57,733 nucleotides of DNA from Tolypothrix carrinoi HA7290-LM1. GTDB taxonomy: Bacteria > Cyanobacteriota > Cyanobacteriia > Cyanobacteriales > Nostocaceae. Shown here piece by piece: positions 1 through 9,499 of this stretch; the stretch's first letter is position 1, and each line of letters opens with the position of its first letter. Both the position numbers and the translations under genes were made by a program. Location of the stretch: NCBI GenBank assembly GCA_019358935.1, contig JAHHIK010000051.1, positions 1-57,733 on the forward strand, in the 5' to 3' direction. The notes under the pieces were generated by a model that was not told the origin of the DNA, did not search any database, and saw only the letters and a list, made by a program, of their open reading frames with translations.

Positions 1-2256
1 AGCATATATGGAAATTATTTCGTTTAGCATCTAGCCCTCCTTATTTTCTCTTCTTGGAGGGCATTTTATTGCTTTACTGTCCCAAAGCGATCGCCTAAAT
101 CAATAACTAGCAACTTAGGTTATTAAATGAAGAGTTCCCCCTTTCAGCGTTAGGAGCGATCGGTTATGTCCTTCTAATAAAGCATTTAGTCCATCAAGGA
201 CAAACGGTCGTTTAAGTGCTTCTGCCCCTAACGCATAAGCTGAGGTACAGTTATCTGCAAATGAAAAAAGTCCTTCACTTGCTCCAACTTTTTGGGCAAC
301 TGCACAAAACTCTTTCACATTATCCGCATTGATTCCATTCTCAAAGGGCGCAAATGGATTTTTTTGAAGGGCTTCTTGAGCTTGCTTATAAGAGTTTAAT
401 GCTTGCTCATATTGATTTTGGGCAGCATACATTCCGCCAATCAGAGAAAGTATACTTCCTGCCCCTAGCGAATCTCCTGTTGCTTTCAGCAGCGAGTGGG
501 CTTCTTGGAAAGCTTCTCGTGCCTCTGCATAACGTGACAAGTTCTTGTAAACCGATCCCCGACTAGAAAGCAACTGAATTTGCAGGAAGCGATCGTTGGT
601 CTGTTTGATGATTGCTTGTGCTTGCTGCTGGTAATTCAACGCCTGAGCAAAATCTTGTCTAGAAACATAGTTTCCCCCGATATAGAGAAGTAGTAGTGCT
701 TCCCAGTGTTGCAAGCCATTCTCTTGAGCAATCTTCAGTGCTTGCTGAAAACTGTCTAATGCCCGCCCATAGTCTCGTTGTGCTTCATAAGTTCGACCTT
801 GGAGAGCATAGTTAACCACAAATGTCTCGAACAATTTTTTTTCTTGTTCTCGGTCTCCAAGTTGTTTGGCTAGCTCTAGCGCCTTTTGCAAGTAACCGAT
901 CGCTTGTTGATATTGCTGCCGAGCCGCATAGTTCTCGCTAAGGGAGCTATACGAGCCTAAAAGGTTGAGGAGGATAAGGCTCTCGATCTGACGATTGTTG
1001 TTCGCTCTTGCTTTTACTAACGCACTTTGCAAAAGCTCTAAACCTTGATTGAGATATTTCTGGGATTCTGGGTAGCGTCCAAGAGTGCTATAAATTTGTC
1101 CGATGCTAAAGTGAATTTGTCCAAACGAAGTATTAATCACCACAATGTTTGGATCGCCTTCAACAAAGAGATTCTTCAAATCTCTAAACACTGGCAGAGC
1201 CTGCTGATAAGCTTCTAAGGCTTGGGAATATTGCTGGAGAGCAAAGTGGATATTGCCAATAGCATACAAGACTTGAGCTTCTCTGGGACGATCCTTAATC
1301 TCTCTAACAATTACCAGAGCTTGTTGGTAGTGTTCTAGAGCTTGAGAATATTGCTTCAGTGTTTGATAGATATCGCCAATCATTTGAAGTGTCGAAGCTT
1401 CGCCAGAGCGATTCTTAACATCTCTAGCAATTGCTAAAGCTTGCTGATACTGTTTTAGAGCTTGTTGGAATTGTTCTTGTTTTTTGTAAACACCTGCGAT
1501 CGCAACAATCGTCTCTGCTTGTTTTTGGCGATCGCCAATCTCCTTGAAAACTGCCAAGCCTTGTTGATAGACGGCTAATGCTTGAGCGTTCTGATTCTGC
1601 GCTTGATATATGCCTCCAATAGAAATCAGCGCATTACCTTCGTACCAACGATGACCTATCTCTCTACTAAGATTCAGCAATTGCTGATAGCTTGACAACG
1701 CTCTATTCCATTTACTTTGGTTATTTTGGAGCGCAGCAATAAAATATAAAGTATTCAATTCGCCATAGGAACGATTGCCTGTCTTCCGGTTCACTGCTAA
1801 AGCTTGTTCTAGCGTCTTTGCTGCCTGTTCCGGATTGCCTGAGATCATCTCAAGATATCCAATCCAAGCTAAAGCCTCTCCCTCGTAAAACCGCCGACTC
1901 CTTTGTTCGTCGGGTGAAAAACTTGGTTCTCTCAAGGCTTTGAGCGCTGACTCCAACGCATTTCTAGCCTGTGACTGTTTCCCTAAGTTCAGAAAAGCCG
2001 CACCCACAACGATCAGTGTTTCTCCTTCTCCTGTGCGATCGCCTAACTGTCGGCGCATTGCTAAAGCTGTTTGTGCTGTCTCCAGTGCTTTGGCAACATT
2101 CCCTTGCCCAAAATAAACCGTCCCTAAGCTGTCAAGGGCTTCTGCTTGGATGGATTGACGGCGTTGCTGCTGTTGTTGTGGGAGACTGGAATCTTTGACA
2201 ATCACCAAAGATTGCGAAATCAACTTTTGCGCTTCAGTGCTTTTGCCCAAACGGTT

Positions 2257-4505
2257 GGTAGAGTCGATGGCGGGTATTATCCCGCGCACCTCTCTGTTAG
2301 AACCGTGCGTGCGGCTTTCATCGCACACGGCTCCCGATATTCTTAAAGGTTAACCCTTTTGCCCATGTGTTGATAGTCGTGACAGGATTCATGTAAAACT
2401 ACTAGATTTTTTAGTTTCCAGTTGTTATGATTCCCGTCGATGTGATGTAAATGTACTAGCTCTTCGCTCATACATTTGAGTCCACAATGACCACATGTCT
2501 GGTTTTGGCGTTTTAATGCCTTAGAGGTTTCACCGTCGTATAATTTACTGTTGCGTTCGCTCCAATAAGCTATATCTCCATCAAAGGGGGATTTCTTTCC
2601 TTTGACGTTGACGTGTTTGTGTTCGGAGTAAGGAACCGATGGGAACGCTTTATTTATCAGCTTTGTAGTTGATTGTTTGTCGTTTTTGGTTTCTTTATTA
2701 AAAACTTTCCAGGCTCTGTGTTTCATGTGCCAAAGTGAGAACTTTGACCCCTCCATCTTGCAGAACTTATGGTAGTTTCTCCATCCTCTAACTACAGGTG
2801 CTAGCTTTTCAGCCTTTTCTGTAGAACCAATATTTGGGCAGTTAACAATGGCTTTTACCTTCTGGCGGAATTTTTTGAAGTTGTCCACTGAGGGAGTACA
2901 TCTAAGTTTTCCGTTGTTTTGCACTTTGAAGTGCCAACCAAGGAAATCAAAACCATCTGTCGCGGCGGTTATCTTTGTCTTTTTCTCATTGAGCTTCATT
3001 CCTCTTGTAGCTAGAAATTTTTTGATTTTGTTAAGTATCTCTGTTGCATCGTCCTGGGGTCGGAGTATGATAACCATGTCATCCGCGTATCGGATTGATG
3101 GCTCTGTGATGTCCCTTTCTGGGGTATTTTCTGTAATCCTGTAGCCACTAATACTGTGATATCTGTGGATACTTTCAATACCGTTGAGGGCGATGTTGGC
3201 TAAAAGTGGACTTATCACACCACCTTGAGGTGTACCTTGTTCAGGAAAATCTGGGTTTGTTCCGGCTTTGAGGCAACGGAATATCCCTGATTTGATGCCT
3301 TTTGGGGCTATCAGGTTTTTCATTATTGTGGTGTGATTAATCCTATCGAAGCATTTCTCAATATCGAGTTCTATAACTCTCTTATTGATTCCTTTTGCTT
3401 GTGAGCCTAGGTTTTGGTGTAGGTACTTCTGGGCATCATGTGCCGAGCGTCCAGGTCTAAAACCGTAGCTTCTGGCATGGAAAGTTGCTTCGTGTGCAGG
3501 TTCTATCGCGTATTTGGCGAGACATTGCCAAACCCTATCCGAGATAGTGGGGATTTTAAGCATCCGGGTAGTGCCATCCTTTTTGGGGATTGGGACGCTA
3601 CGTAAGCCTTGGTGTAACCAATTCTTTGAGGATGCTTTTAACAGTTTTTCTAGTTCAAATCGTTCCTCAAACTTAAGGGACTTTTTGCCGTCGATTCCTG
3701 CTGTCTTTTTCCCTGCATTTAGCTGTGATACTTGACGAATCGCCAAAAATCTAGCCGATGAAGATTTCAGAATAAGCTTTTGAAGTGACATAGCTTTCCG
3801 CTTGTCTCCTGCTCGAATAGCTTTGAACACTCGACATTGAAGGCGAAATAAATCTTTGCGGAATTTCTTCCAGTTTAGATTTTTCCAAGATTCACTAGTG
3901 TTATCACTGTGCCTAATCATGCTCTTTTTCCGTTAAGTGTTTTCTGAATACCTCACAGCAATTACGCTGTGTCCTACCCGAATCAAGGGAGTTCCGTATC
4001 TCGTCTTACCTACCTAGGGTTCGACAGCCCTAAGACCCTTGACTCGTTTTTATTCGTTCCCTCAGAATGATTGATGAGCCACTGCGTTGCGGGGGTTCCC
4101 CCCGTTGTGGCATGTGGCGTTGTTCCGTTAGGTGTAGCCAATTTAACCATCATAAACCCTAGATTCTTGCTGCTATTATTTACAGATACAGCGGGTTTTG
4201 ACTCTGATATAGTAAGGGGTTTTTGAGTTATGCCCTTCTTGCTGATAGGTTACTTTTCTAGGCTCGGTTTCACCGTGGGAACCCCCTATTAGCGCCAGTG
4301 TCAACCCATAACAGTTGTCTGATTGCGCCCTGTTCCCAGCTTCACTCTACAAGAATCGAGCTTGTTCGGTGTGGGCAGATAAGGAGTCACGCATGAATCT
4401 TGCGGGAGGGGCTTTCACCCTCATCAATCTGAGAGTTCAGCTATTGTTAGCTGGCTTAGTTATGTACGGACTGATTACCGAGATTCACTAAGCAACGAAT
4501 CGCAC
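2257..4505 (-). mobile_element. Group II intron (IIB/chloroplast-like type) with intron-encoded protein
   Basis: On the minus strand the 5' end is GTGCGATTCG at 4505. Domain V GAGCCGTGTGCGATGAAAGCCGCACGCACGGTTC lies at ~2333-2300, and domain VI ends ...ATCGACTCTAC(C) at 2258/2257. Removing 2257-4505 joins TAC|AAC CGT TTG (IY-NRLG) in the TPR frame. The 3' boundary is uncertain by 1-3 nt. Confidence 0.9.
2343..3920 (-). CDS. ltrA: Group II intron reverse transcriptase/maturase with C-terminal HNH endonuclease
   Basis: RT0 N-terminus (WKNLNWKK…LQKL), GFRPGRSAHDA, GTPQGGVISPLLANIAL, catalytic RYADD, GFDFLGW, thumb/X domain GWRNY, then CGHC…HLHHIDGNHNN…HESCH HNH. Confidence 0.95.
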   Translation of the reverse strand: MIRHSDNTSESWKNLNWKKFRKDLFRLQCRVFKAIRAGDKRKAMSLQKLILKSSSARFLAIRQVSQLNAGKKTAGIDGKKSLKFEERFELEKLLKASSKNWLHQGLRSVPIPKKDGTTRMLKIPTISDRVWQCLAKYAIEPAHEATFHARSYGFRPGRSAHDAQKYLHQNLGSQAKGINKRVIELDIEKCFDRINHTTIMKNLIAPKGIKSGIFRCLKAGTNPDFPEQGTPQGGVISPLLANIALNGIESIHRYHSISGYRITENTPERDITEPSIRYADDMVIILRPQDDATEILNKIKKFLATRGMKLNEKKTKITAATDGFDFLGWHFKVQNNGKLRCTPSVDNFKKFRQKVKAIVNCPNIGSTEKAEKLAPVVRGWRNYHKFCKMEGSKFSLWHMKHRAWKVFNKETKNDKQSTTKLINKAFPSVPYSEHKHVNVKGKKSPFDGDIAYWSERNSKLYDGETSKALKRQNQTCGHCGLKCMSEELVHLHHIDGNHNNWKLKNLVVLHESCHDYQHMGKRVNL

Positions 4506-4840
4506 GTAGATTTCAGCTATGCCGTTGAGCACCTCTGCCTCTTTTGTGCGATCGCCTGCCTCCGCATCTCCAAAACCTGCTGAAACGTCTGCAATGCATT
4601 CTGCAATTGTCCCTGGTAAAACTGCTGCCTTCCTTGCTTAAAGAGGCGATCGGCTTTGCTAGATCGAGGTGAATTGGCGTCAACACTCGGTTCCGTAGAA
4701 TCGGGTGGCATTGAAGGATTTTGGGTTTGGGCGATCGAAGTTGAGCTTACTGAAATGAATGACAAAGCAGCCAAAAACAAAGAGAATCGAATTTCACGCA
4801 TCTTCAGCTTCTCTTACGTTAGCTATTACTAGACAATTCT

Positions 4841-6182
4841 GCTACATAAAACCTAGACAAACCTAGACATTACTTGACGTTTCCACGGGAGCATGGGAGC
4901 GGTTATCCCTTAACGTCCAGGCACGGTTTAGCCCGCCGTGCATATTTTTCTAAATTCACAGATGCATTTAAATCTCGGTCTTGAATATGCTGACATTTCT
5001 GACACACATAAACACGTTCTCTAAGACTTATTTCTTGAACTTCTCCACAATTTGAACAGGTTTTACTAGATGGGTAAAATCTATCAACTTTTACGACAGT
5101 TCCACCATATCTAATTACTTTGTATTCAACCTGTCTTCGCAGTTCATAGAAATTTGCATCACTGACAGCACCAGCCAACCGATGATTTTTTAACATGCCC
5201 GAAGTATTTAAATCTTCCAAAGCAACTACTGCATGGTTTTTGCAGATATATGTAGTTGCTTTATGGGTCGCATCATTACGTATATTACTGATACGTCGAT
5301 GAAGTTTAGATATTCTCAGCTTTTGGATTTTATAACGATTACTACCGGGGATTTTTCTATCAAGTTGACGCTGTAATGAAGTTAATCTTTTTTGCGCCTT
5401 TTTTAAAGCTTTTGGATTCACAAAAATGATTCCTGTTGATAATGTTGCCAGGTTTTTTATCCCGAAATCAACACCAACATAATCATATTCTTTGTTAGTG
5501 ATTTCCGGTTCTATTTCATAGGAGCAAGAAATGTACCAATCACCCGCAGTTTGAGATATCGTGACCTTTGTGGTTGTTGTGTGAGGTAAAGATTCATAAG
5601 TTGAAACCCATCCAATAGTTGGTAATTTAATTCGCTTGCCGCCAATATTTATTGGTTTACCACCTGCATTAATTGTAAAACTCGAATTTCGACCTTTCCT
5701 TTTAAACTTAGGATACTCTGCACGTTTCTCAAAAAACTTTTGAAAAGCTTTCCCTAAATTCTCAAAAGCAAACTCAGTTATTTTTTGGCAGATACCTTTT
5801 TCTTTAATCCAGGGCAAAATTGTCTTTACTTCATTATTAAAGAATTTCTTTAAAATTAGATGATTCGGCTTGTATCCTTCTTTATATAAAACCTGCCATG
5901 TCGCCAGCCCCCAGTTGTAAGTAAACCGAGATATACCCGCGTGTTTTGACATCAAAACTTTTTGGCTTGATGTCAATTTCAGCTTCGTTTTTATGGAAGT
6001 CAACAACACGAATATATTCTAATTCTTAAGCAGCAGAGTGGGTATTTGGGAATTCTCCCATAAATTGTACGAGTAAGTCTAGTCGGCTCATGTTAATTTT
6101 CTTGAAATAGGTTTCGGTTTTTCTCTGTGATTTGTCAATAGATGTCAATGATTGTCAATGAATTAGTCTACTAGACAATTCT
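4841..6182 (-). mobile_element. TnpB-only insertion element, probably a non-autonomous IS607-type (IS200/IS605 superfamily TnpB)
   Basis: Carries tnpB. The right end on the minus strand is …GTCTAGGTTTGTCTAGGTTTTATGTAGCAG with short direct repeats, and the left end has CATTGACA/TATTGACA repeats (6130-6160). A 14-bp direct repeat TACTAGACAATTCT sits at 4827-4840 and 6169-6182. No tnpA ORF is visible. Exact ends are ambiguous. Confidence 0.65.
4903..6009 (-). CDS. tnpB: RNA-guided endonuclease TnpB
   Basis: N-terminal HTH (HAGISRFTYNWGL), RuvC-I VGVDFGIK, RuvC-II VVALEDLN, zinc finger CSNC…CQKC, RuvC-III DRDLNASVNL. All three catalytic acidic residues are present. Confidence 0.93.
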   Translation of the reverse strand: MLLTSIKTKLKLTSSQKVLMSKHAGISRFTYNWGLATWQVLYKEGYKPNHLILKKFFNNEVKTILPWIKEKGICQKITEFAFENLGKAFQKFFEKRAEYPKFKRKGRNSSFTINAGGKPINIGGKRIKLPTIGWVSTYESLPHTTTTKVTISQTAGDWYISCSYEIEPEITNKEYDYVGVDFGIKNLATLSTGIIFVNPKALKKAQKRLTSLQRQLDRKIPGSNRYKIQKLRISKLHRRISNIRNDATHKATTYICKNHAVVALEDLNTSGMLKNHRLAGAVSDANFYELRRQVEYKVIRYGGTVVKVDRFYPSSKTCSNCGEVQEISLRERVYVCQKCQHIQDRDLNASVNLEKYARRAKPCLDVKG

Positions 6183-6452
6183 CTCATTTTTTAGTATCAG
6201 CGTTATCTTTACATCACAACTGCTCAAAGATTTCTCTCTAACGATATTGACAAACTCCTTATCCTTATGCAAGAAAACAGCCCTGCTTGGTCAGGGGGGT
6301 TGGGGGGATCTAAGACTTTGAAAACACGTCCTAGTTCCCAGTCCAAGCGTCCCGAGTCCCCATGCCCAATAAATCCGCTTTTAGGTAGGCGACAGTTTTC
6401 AAGTCATGAGTCTACATTTAAAAACGTGTGCATAATGATTTAAATTGCCGTT

Positions 6453-7796
6453 ATGAAAGCCTCTGCGCCTTGGATACTGCTAGCTTTACTGCTGTCCGCA
6501 GCAGCCTGCGAGCAAACTCGCGCTGATGAAGATGCTCGCACAAAGCCAGTTTCTGCACCTTCACCTCAATTAGCGCAGAATTCTTCGCAGTCGCCAAATA
6601 TTGTCCGCACTGAACCACTTTCACCTACACCCATCCGCATCAACGTCAAAAATTTACCGCAACCCTTCGCGACTAAAAGCGCTTCTAAGTCGCCTAATGT
6701 TGTGTCAATTCCGCAAAACCCGGTGTTGCGCGTACCCCCTGGCTTTAAAGTTAACGTTTTTGCGGAAAATTTAGATGCACCGCGCTGGTTGGGTTTAACT
6801 CCTAGCGGTGATGTGTTGGTGACAGAAACTCCGCAAAATCGGATTCGCTTGTTACGTGACACCAACGGTGATGGTGTAGCTGATCGGCAAAAAACGTTTG
6901 CTAGTGCAGCAAATGGACTCAATCGACCTTTTGGTATGGCTTTTGCAGGTAATTCCTTTTTTCTGGGCAATACTGATGCTGTTTTACGCTTTCCCTACAC
7001 TCAAGGACAACAGCAAATCTCTGGTGCGGGTACGAAAATCGCCGATCTTCCGGCTCAAGGTTACAACAATCACTGGACGCGCAATGTGGTTGTTTCACCT
7101 GATGGCAATAAATTATACGTATCGATTGGCTCAGGAACTAACGTAGGTGAAGAACCGCTACCACGCGCTTCGGTGCAGGTGATGAATTTAGATGGTTCTG
7201 GGCAACAGACTTTCGCCTCTGGCTTGCGTAATCCAGTCGGTCTGGACTTTCACCCGGTAACAAAGCAACTTTACGCGGCTGTGAACGAGCGAGATGGTAT
7301 CGGTGATGATTTAGTACCAGACTATTTGACACGCATTCAGCAAGGGGAATTTTACGGATGGCCCTATGCATACTTTTTACCAAGCAATCTCGACCCGCGT
7401 CAAACGGTGAGTGGCAAAAGTAAACGTCCAGATTTGGTAGCGCGTACCCGCACGCCGGATGTGTTGTTTCAAGCACATTCAGCAGCATTGGGTTTGCAGT
7501 TTTATGACGGTAAGACGTTTCCAGAAAAATACCGCAACGGTGCTTTTGTGGCTTTTCGTGGTTCTTGGAATCGCGATCGCGGTACTGGTTACAAAGTTGT
7601 TTTTGTCCCCTTTAATAATCAAGGGCGATCGCTTGGCTATTATGAAGACTTTCTCACCGGATTTCTCTTAAACCCAAGTGAACCTACTACTTGGGGGCGT
7701 CCTGTTGGCTTACTCGTCCTACCCGATGGTAGTTTACTGCTGACCGAAGAAGCGAATAATCGCATTTATCGGATTCAATATACGGGGAATCGGTAA
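6453..7796 (+). CDS. Sorbosone dehydrogenase-family (PQQ-dependent sugar dehydrogenase, beta-propeller) lipoprotein
   Basis: Lipobox-like LLSAAAC. Motifs ASGLRNPVGL, VNERDGIGDDLVPDY, FYGWPY, HSAALG, GSWNR and GRPVGL are typical of this family. Confidence 0.85.
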   Translation: MKASAPWILLALLLSAAACEQTRADEDARTKPVSAPSPQLAQNSSQSPNIVRTEPLSPTPIRINVKNLPQPFATKSASKSPNVVSIPQNPVLRVPPGFKVNVFAENLDAPRWLGLTPSGDVLVTETPQNRIRLLRDTNGDGVADRQKTFASAANGLNRPFGMAFAGNSFFLGNTDAVLRFPYTQGQQQISGAGTKIADLPAQGYNNHWTRNVVVSPDGNKLYVSIGSGTNVGEEPLPRASVQVMNLDGSGQQTFASGLRNPVGLDFHPVTKQLYAAVNERDGIGDDLVPDYLTRIQQGEFYGWPYAYFLPSNLDPRQTVSGKSKRPDLVARTRTPDVLFQAHSAALGLQFYDGKTFPEKYRNGAFVAFRGSWNRDRGTGYKVVFVPFNNQGRSLGYYEDFLTGFLLNPSEPTTWGRPVGLLVLPDGSLLLTEEANNRIYRIQYTGNR

Positions 7797-8084
7797 TGGG
7801 TAATGGGGAATGGGTAATGGGTAATGGGGAAAATTCCAACTCCTCACTCCTAACTCCCCACTCCTAACTCCCCACTCCCCAACGCCAGTCGCTACAAACT
7901 CCACCCCCGCAACGCGCTGGCTCCTCCCCACTCCCTACTCCCCAACGCCAGTCGCTACAACAGGACTCCACCCCCGCAACGCGCTGGCTCCTCCCCACTC
8001 CCTACTCCCCACTCCCCAACGCCAGTCGCTACAACAGGACTCCACCCCCGCAACGCGCTGGCTCCTCCCCACTCCCTACTCCCT
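7792..8084. repeat. STRR heptamer arrays (GGTAATG; ACTCCCC/ACTCCTA) containing three tandem copies of a ~45-50 bp palindromic small dispersed repeat
   Basis: AACGCCAGTCGCTACAA…CCACCCCCGCAACGCGCTGGCTCC occurs at ~7881, ~7944 and ~8018, separated by ACTCCC[CT] heptamers. Confidence 0.85.
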
Positions 8085-8143
8085 AAAAGGAAATTGGGGA
8101 ATAATAAAAAATACTGATACTTATCTTGTTGAGAGGTTTAGTT

Positions 8144-8542
8144 ATGACTCAAAATGAAAATACTTCCCAGTCAAATCTTGATGAATCTTCACACTCAGGT
8201 ACACGTTACTGGGGTCATGTCGAGGTTATAGAAGAAGGAGAAACCTACAGAATTAGTCGGGTTGAAATCAAGCCCAGGCACAGCATTAAACCACAAATTC
8301 ATTATCACCGTAATGAACATTGGGTTGTTGTCTCAGGTGTAGCAAAAGTTACTTGTGGACATCAGGAAATATTACTTAATCGCAACGAGTCAACTTATGT
8401 GCCTTCCGCAACATTGCATCAGGTAGAAAATCCGGGACATATTCCCCTAATTATTCTGGAAATTCAAAATGGTGAATATTTGGGTGAAGATGATACGGAA
8501 CGTCCTTACGAGCTAAATTTAGTTAAGTCCACAACTGAATAG
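8144..8542 (+). CDS. Cupin-fold mannose-6-phosphate isomerase type II C-terminal-like protein
   Basis: RYWG…QIHYHRNEHWVVVSG…NESTYVP…HQVENPG..PL.ILEIQNGEYLGEDD. ATG at 8144 follows a GAGAGG RBS. Confidence 0.85.
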   Translation: MTQNENTSQSNLDESSHSGTRYWGHVEVIEEGETYRISRVEIKPRHSIKPQIHYHRNEHWVVVSGVAKVTCGHQEILLNRNESTYVPSATLHQVENPGHIPLIILEIQNGEYLGEDDTERPYELNLVKSTTE

Positions 8543-8642
8543 GGCATTGGGCAATGGGCAATGGGCATTGGGAATGAGAGAGATTCTTTCCATGCCCCAT
8601 GCCCCATGCCCCATGCCCATTGCCCCATGCCCATTCCCTCAA

Positions 8643-9401
8643 TCAAAACCATCCTTCTTGTTCGAGGGTTTCAATTAACTGCAAGCCACGCGGATCGCCG
8701 ACGCCTAAAAGGGAGGCTTTGGAGTCTTCTCGCACTCCTAAATCAGTATCTTCGGCAAAAGCCTGAATTAAAGCATCGATCGCTGTGGCATAAACGACGT
8801 TAGAAGGTAATTCGCGGCACAACTGCCCGATCGCCCAAGCGCTGTTACTTCGGACTGCGGCTATGGGATCTTGTACTAAAGCCTCAATTAATGGTGGTAT
8901 CGCCCCGACAACTGCCTCATAACTGACTTCTGCCATCTGCGCTAAGGCACTAGCTGCCCATAATCGGACTGCGGAAATATCGGTTCTCAAGGCATCTGCT
9001 AAAGGCGCTAAAGAACGGCGATCGCGGCAGTTTCCTAAAGCCCAAACTACTCCTTTACGCACATAGCCATTCCAATCGCGGTTTAATTGAGCAATTAAAG
9101 GTTCAACGGCATCTCGATTGGGATTGCGTCCAATACCATAAGCGGCACTCACCCGCACTAATGGGCAGGTATCAGTTAAGAGGCGAATCAGATGCGGGGT
9201 AGCCCTGGCGTCTTCAATGTCACAAAAAGCTCTTGCCGCTAGCATCCGTTGCTGCGGTTGGGGGTTTTCCAGGAGGGCTAGCATCAAATCTGGATCGGGC
9301 TTCGCCACAACTGATTCGGCAGTTATCGGCTCTATCCGATCTAAAGGGCTTTCTAGCTCCACCTCGGCATCGAGTAGGCTTAAGTCGTCTTCGTCATACA
9401 T
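8643..9401 (-). CDS. HEAT-repeat (PBS lyase HEAT-like) protein
   Basis: Repeated 'VRxxAAxALG' motifs (VRVSAAYGIG, VRKGVVWALG, VRLWAASALA, VRSNSAWAIG). Confidence 0.85.
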   Translation of the reverse strand: MYDEDDLSLLDAEVELESPLDRIEPITAESVVAKPDPDLMLALLENPQPQQRMLAARAFCDIEDARATPHLIRLLTDTCPLVRVSAAYGIGRNPNRDAVEPLIAQLNRDWNGYVRKGVVWALGNCRDRRSLAPLADALRTDISAVRLWAASALAQMAEVSYEAVVGAIPPLIEALVQDPIAAVRSNSAWAIGQLCRELPSNVVYATAIDALIQAFAEDTDLGVREDSKASLLGVGDPRGLQLIETLEQEGWF

Positions 9402-9499
9402 ATTTCATTTCATTTGCAGCCTTGAGTGGGATCAACAAATAACCCCCCATGCTAATAAGTTAAAGCCTGATATGTATCCGTTAAATTATACATTCTTCT

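Larger units (their letters stand above)
115..4801 (-). pseudogene. TPR-repeat protein gene (signal peptide plus many TPRs), split by a group II intron, frameshifted in exon 1 and apparently truncated at the 3' end
   Basis: Exon 1 is 4801-4506 (MREIRFSLFLAALSF... signal peptide, TPR starts). Near 4555 the TPR frame switches (…EMRRQ / AGDRTKEAEVLNGIAEIY). Exon 2 is 2256-115 (NRLGKSTEAQKL…, repeated 'QALxxYQQAL' TPR motifs) and ends abruptly at GGTLHLIT* with no CHAT domain. Confidence 0.8.

Noticed and set aside
2257..2328. N-terminus MCDESRTHG… of ORF 115-2328
   Set aside because: These codons are intron domains V and VI read in frame, not real protein sequence.
2343..3920. RT as a retron, DGR or defence RT
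   Set aside because: It has X and HNH domains and is enclosed by GUGCG and domain V/VI, so it is a standard group II intron protein.
6010..6095. Possible tnpA remnant upstream of tnpB
   Set aside because: Only a ~21-codon ORF is present, with no convincing serine-recombinase or HUH motif.
7881..8070. Three repeated ~45-50-bp units as a possible CRISPR array
   Set aside because: The spacers are ACTCCCC heptamers, so this is a tandem duplication of a small dispersed repeat.
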